42,916 bases of DNA, taken from the NCBI GenBank assembly GCA_021786815.1, contig JAJYMR010000234.1:1-42916 (forward strand), written 5' to 3'. The position numbers and the translations under genes are program-made. A model generated the notes under the pieces. The model was given only the letters and a program-made list of their open reading frames with translations. It made no database searches and was not told where the DNA came from. Positions 17,601-25,368 of this stretch are shown here, one piece after another. Source of the stretch: Deltaproteobacteria bacterium (GTDB taxonomy: Bacteria > Desulfobacterota > Binatia > Binatales > Binataceae). Position 1 is the first letter of the stretch. The number at the start of each line of letters is the position of its first letter.

Positions 17601-18433
17601 GCACACCGGCAGCCAATTTCAGCGAACGTGAATTCGTAATCGTTCAGGTCTCCCGTCTCGTCGAGGACAAGAAGATTTACTGGGTCGGCGGCGGCGGCGA
17701 GCCGCTCTCCTCGGTCCTGCTCGCCAAGCGAACCAACATGCCCAATCTTCAGTACCTTACCGAAGACGGCGTGGTAGGCCCCGAAGCCGTTGTTCCGTTC
17801 GATCCGCTGATGACCATGATCAGCTCGCGCGCCAACTACCGCGCGTTGCAGTGGAGCACGATGAACTACGCGGCCGACTTGGCCCATCTCGGCTACGTGG
17901 ACTACGGCATCCTGGCCACGCTCCAGGTCGATCGCTACGGCAACGTCAATTCGACGGTGGTCGGCAAGTACGAGGGCGGCGAAGGACGACGTTTCGGCGG
18001 GCCAGGCGGAGCCGACAGTATCGCGGCACTCGCGTGGCGCACGATCCTCGTGACCGATCAGCAGAAGCGCAAATTCGTCGACCGGGTCGATTTCATCTCC
18101 TCGCCCGGCTTTCTTGACGGTCCCGGCTCGCGCGAGAAGCACGGATTGCCGCCAGGCACCGGACCATGGCGCGTTTACACGCCGTGGGCGATGTTCGGTT
18201 ACGACACCGATTGCCAGTTGATGCTCCAGGCGATCGCTCCGTATGTGACCGTCGAGCAGGTGCTGGACGAGATGAGCTTCAAGCCAAAGATGGCGAAGAA
18301 AATAGAAATTCTCGAACCGCCGACCGAAGAGGAGTTGCTCATCCTGCGCACGCAGATAGACGTAGGGGGCCAGGTCACCGATCGCGGCCGATGGGTCGAA
18401 CTACGCGACGGTAAATATTGCTTCGCGGGATAA
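17597..18433 (+). CDS. Family I CoA-transferase subunit B (GctB-like), catalytic Glu retained
   Basis: VDRYGNVNSTVVGKY, RFGGPGGADSIA and VDFISSPGFLDGPGSREKHGLP match my recollection of Acidaminococcus GctB. The Glu in YLTEDGVV aligns with the catalytic Glu of IIVESG. Confidence 0.86.
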   Translation: MSTPAANFSEREFVIVQVSRLVEDKKIYWVGGGGEPLSSVLLAKRTNMPNLQYLTEDGVVGPEAVVPFDPLMTMISSRANYRALQWSTMNYAADLAHLGYVDYGILATLQVDRYGNVNSTVVGKYEGGEGRRFGGPGGADSIAALAWRTILVTDQQKRKFVDRVDFISSPGFLDGPGSREKHGLPPGTGPWRVYTPWAMFGYDTDCQLMLQAIAPYVTVEQVLDEMSFKPKMAKKIEILEPPTEEELLILRTQIDVGGQVTDRGRWVELRDGKYCFAG

Positions 18434-18609
18434 TTACTCCGTCGGCCGCCCGCGCGGATGGCCAGGTTGGGTGCTCATGGCGTGGGCGAATTTGATTTTC
18501 GTTTGATCTTTCAACGCGGGCCGAACGATACTACGGCCCAGAGAAGCGGAATCCGCTCTGCGCCGCGCGCTCAACGGCTGCCGCAGGCAAGATTCAGGAG
18601 CTTGGTGCA

Positions 18610-19995
18610 ATGAACGATCAAGATAGGCTCAAGTGGGCATTCCAACAGTCTCCATCTTTCTTCGATCTGCTGACGACGATTCGTAGCCGGCGCGTCGGGC
18701 GCGGATACCGTATCGATTCGGGTGAGGAAATAAAGCATCCCGTGACCGGCCGCACGATGAAGCAGGGCCTCGGGCCGATGAAATTCGTCTCCAAAAAGGA
18801 GCCGAAGCCATTGACCGAACTCGAAGAGGCGCTGATCTGCTGGTCCGCGTGCGGTCCCAACGGCCTGTGCGCGTGGGACATCTCGCTCGACGGTGGATTC
18901 CACGAACTGACATGGATCGCGGGCCGCACCGTTCCGTCACCGGGAAACTCGCTCGCCACGGATCTGCTTGTGATCAACGACCGCGGCGCCTTTATCTACA
19001 AGCCCACCAAGGAGCGCTCCGGCCCGATCGAAATCCAATCCGAGGCCGATTACGACAAGGTACTCCAGTGGTACCAGGACGGGCTTATCCAGATCTTGGA
19101 TGAGCGGCCCGATGTCGATTGGGCGTTGCGCGCACCCGGCGCCCCGCACGCGACCCTGATGGGTCCGTATCAGTTCAACATGAACATGCCCGGCTCGACC
19201 TGGTTCATTCCGCTGAGCGACTCCGCCTGGCTACAGTCCGCTCTCATCAATTTCATGGACGTGTGGCACTTCTACATGATCGACGAGTGGAACGGCGGAC
19301 GTCCGGCGGGGCTGGAGAAATGGATCCGTGAGGGGATGCTCGAATTGCCGAGCACGATCGCCGGCGAGGAGCAACTCATCTTCCAGGTCGAGCAGTTTCC
19401 GATCGGATGCATGGTGCAGAACATCCGCCTTGCGACTGAGGCGATGGGACTCGGAGCGTGGGTCTTCTGCGGATTCAATCCCGATGTGCTGATGGGCGCG
19501 ATGCCGGAAATCTCGCGCGGCCTCGGCTTCCATATCGAGGCGCCGAATCCCAAGGCTCCTGTTTCGACCGGCCAGATCAAGATCTTCGGAATCGAGGGCG
19601 TCAAGGAAGCGACCTATGTGCCCTCGCCGCGGTACAAGAGCGCCGAGCAACTGGTCAAGGCCTGGTACGACGAGAAGTACGGCGAAGGCGGCGTGATGCA
19701 TCGCGGCGACAACAATTATCTGCGCAAGGTCGGCGCGCCGTGGAAGTCGAACAAGGTCGATGAGATACTCGCTCATCCCAAAACGCGACCTGCGGAATGG
19801 GTGCAGGAAGCGCTCATCGCGTATATCGACTACTGCGTGAAGAATTTCGGCCAGTGGCCGGTTACTTACAACCCGATGCAGGCGCACTTCGGCGCGGTGA
19901 TTCACAACGTGGACGAGGCGTTCTACGACACTTACTACAAGGAGGGTTATATCAACGACCGAATCCGCAATCGGTCGAAGATATGGCATGACTAA
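18610..19995 (+). CDS. Long (461 aa) SagB/ThcOx-like nitroreductase-superfamily protein, paralog B
   Basis: AGGAG SD upstream. The motifs are IRSRRVGRGY, VPSPGNSLATDLLVINDRGAFIYKP and QNIRLATEAMGLGAW. Motifs shared with 15133..16488 are NMPGST.F.P.SD, E(R/K)WIREG and GLGF..E..NPK.P. Confidence 0.72.
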   Translation: MNDQDRLKWAFQQSPSFFDLLTTIRSRRVGRGYRIDSGEEIKHPVTGRTMKQGLGPMKFVSKKEPKPLTELEEALICWSACGPNGLCAWDISLDGGFHELTWIAGRTVPSPGNSLATDLLVINDRGAFIYKPTKERSGPIEIQSEADYDKVLQWYQDGLIQILDERPDVDWALRAPGAPHATLMGPYQFNMNMPGSTWFIPLSDSAWLQSALINFMDVWHFYMIDEWNGGRPAGLEKWIREGMLELPSTIAGEEQLIFQVEQFPIGCMVQNIRLATEAMGLGAWVFCGFNPDVLMGAMPEISRGLGFHIEAPNPKAPVSTGQIKIFGIEGVKEATYVPSPRYKSAEQLVKAWYDEKYGEGGVMHRGDNNYLRKVGAPWKSNKVDEILAHPKTRPAEWVQEALIAYIDYCVKNFGQWPVTYNPMQAHFGAVIHNVDEAFYDTYYKEGYINDRIRNRSKIWHD

Positions 19996-20007
19996 AGCCG
20001 AGGGACG

Positions 20008-20526
20008 ATGCAGTCGTATACCTGGTTACGTATACTGCGGCTTATTCACATTTACTCCGCGATCGTCCTGGTAGGTTCGATCATATTCAACACGATGATC
20101 CTGATGCCGGCGCTGCGCCGCATCCCGCCCGCCCAGTCCGCGGTCGTCTCGCAGAAAATCGGCGGGGGACTGATGAAACTGGGCGGGTCGGCCATCGTGT
20201 TGCTCGGAGTGACGGGTGCTTTGCGCCTGTGGCTGCTCGGGGAACTGCCGTACATCTTTTCGCACGAAGTGTTGGCGCTCGCGCATCTGCGATGGATTCT
20301 CCTGATGATGTGCTCGTGGTTCGGGCTTCTCGTCACCGGCACGCTTTCGGGAATCTGGTACAACACGGTTCTCACGAAGAAACTTCCGTACTCCGCCGGC
20401 CTGCGCGAGCTCGAAGAGCGCCGCGCTTCCCAGGAGAAAGTCGCCACGTGGCAGGAACGTTTGGCGTACTTCAACCTTGCGCTGGCGTTGCTCGCGGCGC
20501 TGGGTGGAATCCTCGCCTCGTTCTAG
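20008..20526 (+). CDS. Small integral membrane protein, about 4 TM helices (CopD/DUF-like)
   Basis: Four hydrophobic stretches (IHIYSAIVLVGSIIFNTMIL, LGGSAIVLLGVTGAL, WILLMMCSWFGLLVTGTL, FNLALALLAALGGILA). The gene starts 12 nt after the preceding gene. Confidence 0.7.
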   Translation: MQSYTWLRILRLIHIYSAIVLVGSIIFNTMILMPALRRIPPAQSAVVSQKIGGGLMKLGGSAIVLLGVTGALRLWLLGELPYIFSHEVLALAHLRWILLMMCSWFGLLVTGTLSGIWYNTVLTKKLPYSAGLRELEERRASQEKVATWQERLAYFNLALALLAALGGILASF

Positions 20527-20533
20527 GGTTTTG

Positions 20534-20569
20534 CTCGGCGAAAGACAGACACTCGGCGAAAAACAGACA
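20534..20569. repeat. Tandem 18-nt direct repeat (2 units, 17/18 identical)
   Basis: CTCGGCGAAAGACAGACA (20534..20551) is followed immediately by CTCGGCGAAAAACAGACA (20552..20569), 8 nt after the stop at 20526. Confidence 0.9.
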
Positions 20570-20582
20570 ACCTAACCCTCAG

Positions 20583-20703
20583 TCCCTTCCCTCAAGGGAA
20601 GGGAAGTAGGACAAAGAAAAATGGGCTGCTCGTCTTCGACGAGTTACGCAAAGGTTTCCTTCAGGGAAACCTCGCAAAAGCTGGTTCCCCTTCCCTTGGG
20701 GAA
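20583..20703. other. Cluster of four short stem-loops in an AT-richer spacer
   Basis: Hairpin 20583..20604 is TCCCTTCCCT-CA-AGGGAAGGGA. Hairpin 20629..20643 is CTCGTC-TTC-GACGAG. Hairpin 20652..20672 is AGGTTTCC-TTCAG-GGAAACCT. Hairpin 20685..20703 is TTCCCC-TTCCCTT-GGGGAA. The first and last share a CCCTTCCCT core. Confidence 0.6.
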
Positions 20704-20771
20704 AAGGTCAGGGGATAGGTACCAAGCCCGAATAATGTTGCGAATCTCCAACTCGCCTGGCTAGCGGTTTT

Positions 20772-21635
20772 GTGACGATGGCTTTACCGCATCTCGCGGA
20801 TTATCCATTCTACCGCGAGCGCCTCGGACCGGACGGGCGTCCCGCGCCGTGGGCGCTCGCCGATCTCGAAAGCTACGCCGCCACGCATCCGGGCGATCCC
20901 TTCGCGGGGCGCGTTATCGGCGCGGTGACGCCAAAGGTCGCGCTTCAGATGGAAGCCACCGGCGAGCCGCCGATATGGACCGCGTTGAACCCGCCCGAAC
21001 TCGATCGATGGGCCGAGGTGGTCGGCGGGATGTGGTCACGCTGGGGTGCAGTCGCCAGCGAGACGATCGCCTTCTTCGACTACGGTTCGAGCCCGATGGT
21101 TCTGCTCGCTTCAGGCGGCTACGTGGGCTATCTGCGGCGCGGCGCGGCGGAGCGTCTCGGTATCTTCGCGGTGTGCAATGACGGCGTTGCCACGATGGCG
21201 CCGCGGATGGTCGGTATCGTGGAGACCGTGAAGCCCACGATGCTCGTGCTCAGGCGCGATCTGGTCGCTCCGTTCGTCTCGGCGCTGGAGACCGCCGGTG
21301 TTTCGCTTGCGCAGACGGTTCGATGGGCCGCAGTGAGCGAAGTTGAAGGCACGGTAACTCGGGAACAGGCCCAAGCCGCGGCCTCGAGCCTCGGCGTGCG
21401 CGTGTTGCGAATCCTGCGATGCGACGCCGCCTTTATGCTCGCGGGCGAATGTTCGGAGTGCGGGTGCTTTCATCTGGACCGGCGCTACCGGGCCGAGCAG
21501 TTGCCCTCGGGCGAGGTGGCGATAACCACGACTTTCGCGGTGACCTGTCCTTCGGTGCGCTATAACCTGGGGGCGGCGCGTCTGGCGGGCGCGGGATGCC
21601 CGCTTGAGCCGCGCGCGCAGCGAATCGAATGCTGA
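20772..21635 (+). CDS. PaaK/F390-synthetase-like N-terminal domain protein with degenerate P-loop (probable pseudo-enzyme)
   Basis: ADYPFYRERLG aligns to the PaaK N-terminus, MEATGEPP sits where SSGTTGKP is expected, and ECSECGCFHLD aligns to EC...G.H. The adenylation C-terminal domain is absent. The start is GTG 20772, with ATG 20778 as an alternative. Confidence 0.62.
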   Translation: MTMALPHLADYPFYRERLGPDGRPAPWALADLESYAATHPGDPFAGRVIGAVTPKVALQMEATGEPPIWTALNPPELDRWAEVVGGMWSRWGAVASETIAFFDYGSSPMVLLASGGYVGYLRRGAAERLGIFAVCNDGVATMAPRMVGIVETVKPTMLVLRRDLVAPFVSALETAGVSLAQTVRWAAVSEVEGTVTREQAQAAASSLGVRVLRILRCDAAFMLAGECSECGCFHLDRRYRAEQLPSGEVAITTTFAVTCPSVRYNLGAARLAGAGCPLEPRAQRIEC

Positions 21636-22948
21636 ACACGGAACCGTTCGACGATATCGATCGGCTATCGCCAGCGGAACTGGAGCGATGGTGGGTGCGG
21701 CGCCTGCGCGCGGTGTTTACCGTCGCGGCCCGCGAGCTTCCTTTCTATCGCGAACGGTTCGCCGCCGCGGGTTTCGATCCGGCGAGCTTCCGCGCGCTGG
21801 ACGACCTCAACCGGATGCCGATATTCGCCAAGGCCGACCTGCTTGCGGCGCAGCGCAAGACCCAAAGCCAGCGCCTGGGAATCGAGCGCGGCGCGGACGA
21901 GCCCGGCTCGCGCACGACGTTCAGTTTGAGTTCCGGCACGGCGGGTACGACCTTTATCACGCACACGGCGCGATGGCGCCGGGCGCAAGGGATGTCCTCT
22001 AGCCGGGCGCATTGGTGGGCGGGGCTTCGCCCGGGCGGGACGCTGGTGATGTCGGCGCCGGCGTGGCACAGCTACGCCGCGATTCAGCCGTTCATCGCGA
22101 TGCGTTTCGGGATGCGGTGCGTGGTGGTTTCGGGAACCTACCTGCCGCGGTTCGCGGACCGAGTCGTTGACGCGCTCGTGCACTTCAGGCCGCGCTTTGT
22201 CACGATGTTCCTGCCGATGGTATTCTCGATTCTGGACGCGGCGCGCCGCCGCGGTATCGCCGGCAACGAACTCTTCGCCGGAGTCGGAAGTCTCGTGGTT
22301 ACCGGAGCGGCAATCACACCCGGGATGCGTGCGCATCTGAAGGCTCTGACCGGGGTCGAACGTGTCGCGGAGATCGCGGGAACGAGCGAAAATCTTCTCG
22401 CCGTTGACTGCGCGTATGCCGAGGGACTTCACGTCGTGTCCGACACCTGCCACGCACAGGTAATCGACCGCAAAACCGGTCTGCCCGTCGCCGACGGCGA
22501 GCGCGGCTCGGTTGTCCATTGCGCGCTGATCCCGTATGGCTCGCTCTATCTGCGTTACGACAGCGGTGACGTCGGCGTGATCAATCACACGCCGTGCGCA
22601 TGCGGGCTTCCCTCGCCGCGCATCAAGCTGCTCGGACGATGGGAAGATTGCTTCAGTATCGGCGCGCGCGCGCTTTTGCCCTACGACGTTCAGCTTGCGC
22701 TCGAAGAGGAAGTGCCGGAACTGAAAGGCGCGGCGTGCGTCATCACGCGCGAAGGCCTCGCCGAAGGGAAACTCCGGCTTCTGCTTATTGAGCCTCACGG
22801 AGCGTCGGCGGTCTCGCTCCTTGACCACGCGCGCTCCGCCCTGTCGCGCCGCTTCGACGTTCCGGTCGAGATAACGCCGGTCAAGGATTTGCCGCTTCGC
22901 TTCAAAGGCGTGCCGCCGATCCTTTCCGAGCGGGAGGCGGAGCTATGA
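21629..22948 (+). CDS. Phenylacetate-CoA-ligase (PaaK)/coenzyme F390 synthetase-family adenylate-forming enzyme, divergent
   Basis: LPFYRERFAAAGFDPASFRALDDLNRMPIFAKADL is the PaaK N-terminus and SSGTAGT is the P-loop. Further motifs are AGTSE, LRYDSGD, PCACGLPSPRIKLLGRWED, and a C-terminal domain is present. It overlaps the previous gene by 7 nt. Confidence 0.8.
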   Translation: MLNTEPFDDIDRLSPAELERWWVRRLRAVFTVAARELPFYRERFAAAGFDPASFRALDDLNRMPIFAKADLLAAQRKTQSQRLGIERGADEPGSRTTFSLSSGTAGTTFITHTARWRRAQGMSSSRAHWWAGLRPGGTLVMSAPAWHSYAAIQPFIAMRFGMRCVVVSGTYLPRFADRVVDALVHFRPRFVTMFLPMVFSILDAARRRGIAGNELFAGVGSLVVTGAAITPGMRAHLKALTGVERVAEIAGTSENLLAVDCAYAEGLHVVSDTCHAQVIDRKTGLPVADGERGSVVHCALIPYGSLYLRYDSGDVGVINHTPCACGLPSPRIKLLGRWEDCFSIGARALLPYDVQLALEEEVPELKGAACVITREGLAEGKLRLLLIEPHGASAVSLLDHARSALSRRFDVPVEITPVKDLPLRFKGVPPILSEREAEL

Positions 22949-24123
22949 GCAAGGGTGCGCTTGGCCTGCTGGCGGCATACTGGCCCGAGGATACGCCGCG
23001 TTACGCGCATATCCCGCTGAAAACGATCGGCGATATCACGATCTACGAGCAGGCCACCGCTGCGGCTGACCGCGCCGCGCTGGTGAGCGCGTCGGGCACG
23101 CTTACCTACGGCGTGTTGGCCGAGCGCGCGCGCCACTTAGCCGACTGCCTGCGCGCCAGGGTGAAGCGCGCGTCGCGCGTGGCAATCGTCGAGCCCGACG
23201 CGGCCCGGATGCTGATAGCGGCTTTCGGAGCGTTCGATGCCGAGGTGCTCATCTTCCTGAGCGAGGTGACGCCGTCCGAGCAGGCGCTTCAGGCATTCCA
23301 GCCCGAACTGATTATCGCTCCGCAGGCGATTCCGGGCGCGCCGGCTCCGGTCGTCAGCTTTGACGAAGTCGAAGGCTCGGAGGGGAAATCGCGCGAAGGG
23401 CGTCCCGACACGCGCACGCCGCTGATGGTTCTGCCCACGCCCGACGGCCGCGGCGAGGTCCAGCACAGCCATCGAAGCCTGGTTGCGAGCGCGGTGTCTG
23501 TCGGGCGCTTTTACATGCTCGCCGAGGAAATCACGCTCCTGATGCTCGAGCCGCCGACGCGATGGTACACGCTCGCGATGATGCTTGGAGCGCTGCAGCG
23601 CGGAGCGACGCTGCTCGCGGGATGGGAGGAAAATCCGCCGGCGCCGCGCGAGTGGGTCGATTATGCGGCGTGCGGATGGGACCGGGCGGGACGGATGCTC
23701 GACGAGGCGGGCACGGCGGGCCTGCCGAAGCGAATCGCGGCGGGGCTTATCGCCGCAATCGAAGGACCGTTCAGCGCCTCACGCCGGATGCGGCTTGCGC
23801 GAAGGCTCGGATGCGACGTCCTGACGCTGTTCGGGCGAAGCGATCTTGGTCCCGTGCTTGCGGCCCATCCGAGCTGGTACCTCAGCGACGCCGCCGGAAT
23901 CCCGATGCCGAACGTCGATCTGCGCCCGCTCAATCCTGCCGACGGTTCGCCGCTCAATATCGGATGGGAAGTCGTGGAGCGCGCCGAAATCGGCGTCAAA
24001 TCACCGCTTGCGCCGGCCGGAGGGATCGCTGTCCAGGGATGGCTGCGCACGGGCATCATGGCCGAAGTGGATCCGACCGGCTTCTATTTCCTGCACTCGC
24101 CCACGCCGCTTCGCGCGGTGTAG
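22945..24123 (+). CDS. ANL-superfamily (acyl-CoA synthetase-like) N-terminal domain only, catalytic motifs degenerate
   Basis: The N-terminus resembles acyl-CoA synthetases (DRAALVSASGTLTYGVLAERARHLADCL..RVAIV). The P-loop region reads LPTPDGRGEVQHSHRSL instead of YTSGTTGxPKGV..tH. YGxTE is replaced by FGRSD and TGD by TGI. The protein stops at the hinge, and it has an ATGA overlap with the upstream gene. Confidence 0.68.
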   Translation: MSKGALGLLAAYWPEDTPRYAHIPLKTIGDITIYEQATAAADRAALVSASGTLTYGVLAERARHLADCLRARVKRASRVAIVEPDAARMLIAAFGAFDAEVLIFLSEVTPSEQALQAFQPELIIAPQAIPGAPAPVVSFDEVEGSEGKSREGRPDTRTPLMVLPTPDGRGEVQHSHRSLVASAVSVGRFYMLAEEITLLMLEPPTRWYTLAMMLGALQRGATLLAGWEENPPAPREWVDYAACGWDRAGRMLDEAGTAGLPKRIAAGLIAAIEGPFSASRRMRLARRLGCDVLTLFGRSDLGPVLAAHPSWYLSDAAGIPMPNVDLRPLNPADGSPLNIGWEVVERAEIGVKSPLAPAGGIAVQGWLRTGIMAEVDPTGFYFLHSPTPLRAV

Positions 24124-24130
24124 ATCGAAT

Positions 24131-25210
24131 CTAGTTGCCGCTTACGGTTCTAAAGCCGCCGCTTTCGAATCGCGCGATCGCTTTTCCGACTCTGTTTACG
24201 AACGAGTCGCGTCCGTCTTCGGCCGTGATACGCTCGGCCGCGTAATCGTCGCAGTAACGGCAGTCGCGGCATCCCGCGCGGCAATCGTGCTTTTTCCTGA
24301 AAAACTCGACGAAGCCGTCGAGCGCGCGGTTTGGAATCCGCACCGGAAGGCGACCGTACGGTTCCAGATGGTCGAAACCGAGGACGAGGTCGTTCAGGTC
24401 GCCATCGTAACGGCGGCGCGCGTAAGCCTCGGTCCCGCGCTCGACCCACGCGCGGTCCATCTCGCGTCCGGCGAGCTTGAACTCGTCGATGCCGATTTCC
24501 TCGTAGAGCGCCTGGTCTTCCGGCCTTATCCACGGCGACTTGAGCATCAGCGCCGGCTCGCGCGCCTTCTCCTGCGTGCACCACATCAGCGGATAATCCA
24601 CGTAGGTGCCGAGTTCCAGGCTCTCGTTCGAGTGCGAGACGAGGTTGATGTGATACTGGCGAATTGGGCAGTGCAGCAGGCATCCCACGTTCGCCAGCAG
24701 CACGAGCTTCGTGCGCACGCGTTTTCGGATTTGTGCGAGCAACGGGAAATCGCGGTTGATGTATTCGGGCAGGTAAAGAGTGTCGGCGCCCTGGCCCTCG
24801 AAAAATTGCGCCTTGTCCACGCTATCGATCGCGGCCGAAGTGGAGACGGCGATCCTGAGATGTGGAAAGCGCCGATGGGCGAAGGCGACGAAGTAGGGAT
24901 TGGAAAGCACCACGCCTTCGACGCCGATATCCGCGAGCCATCCCAGGCGCTCGACCAGCCATCGCTGCCCCTCCGAGGTAAACTCGCGGTTTCCAAGGCA
25001 CGCGACGTTCAGGCAATAGAAAAAAGCGACACCCTTGCGGCGCGCGTAATCGACGTACTGCGCAAAGTCGTCGGCCTTCGGCTGCGGGAGCCATTGGTTC
25101 GCCCTGAGGCCGACGTCCCCGGCGACCGAGCCATACAGATGGCTTATTGGATAGCCGGCGACGGTATCGAGGAAGTCCGTGTTGAATATCGCCGGTACGA
25201 CGAGTTTCAT
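24131..25210 (-). CDS. Peptidase-U32-family protein (family also includes O2-independent hydroxylases)
   Basis: The MKLVVPAIFNTDFLDTV...LYGS N-terminus, VAFFYCLNVAC, VLLANVGCLLHCP, and the TIM-barrel-like alternation are typical of short U32 proteins. The C-terminus carries CRAGCRDCRYC. GGGAGGAG SD upstream. Confidence 0.78.
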   Translation of the reverse strand: MKLVVPAIFNTDFLDTVAGYPISHLYGSVAGDVGLRANQWLPQPKADDFAQYVDYARRKGVAFFYCLNVACLGNREFTSEGQRWLVERLGWLADIGVEGVVLSNPYFVAFAHRRFPHLRIAVSTSAAIDSVDKAQFFEGQGADTLYLPEYINRDFPLLAQIRKRVRTKLVLLANVGCLLHCPIRQYHINLVSHSNESLELGTYVDYPLMWCTQEKAREPALMLKSPWIRPEDQALYEEIGIDEFKLAGREMDRAWVERGTEAYARRRYDGDLNDLVLGFDHLEPYGRLPVRIPNRALDGFVEFFRKKHDCRAGCRDCRYCDDYAAERITAEDGRDSFVNRVGKAIARFESGGFRTVSGN

Positions 25211-25285
25211 CGGTCATCTCCTCCCGAGGGCTCGTGCCGCGAGGCGCCTTTCGCGCCCGAATGACGTTGCGTGAGCGGCATCACG

Positions 25286-25333
25286 AAAAAAAGCGCGCGT
25301 CGCATCCGCTTTGAATCGCGGTGCGACGCGCGC
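25286..25333 (-). terminator. Rho-independent terminator of the thiolase gene
   Basis: Minus-strand RNA forms GCGCGCGUCGCA-CCGC-GAUUCAAA-GCGG-A-UGCGACGCGCGC (12 + 4 bp stem) followed by seven U, 35 nt after the stop at 25369. Confidence 0.85.
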
Positions 25334-25368
25334 CATTGAAACATCAATCGTGCGATTGTGCCTCGGCC

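Noticed and set aside
16629-18433. IpdAB-like ring-opening hydrolase (a CoA-transferase fold used in steroid degradation) rather than a true CoA-transferase.
   Set aside because: The B subunit keeps the Glu that aligns with the catalytic Glu of glutaconate CoA-transferase (YLTEDG vs IVESG). No other steroid-pathway genes were seen. I cannot exclude this idea without phylogeny.
14819-19995. TOMM/RiPP cluster, with SagB-like dehydrogenases and the small ORF as precursor peptide.
   Set aside because: There is no YcaO, cyclodehydratase or E1-like protein. The 93-aa ORF has no Cys/Ser/Thr-rich core, and the neighbours are CoA and electron-transfer enzymes.
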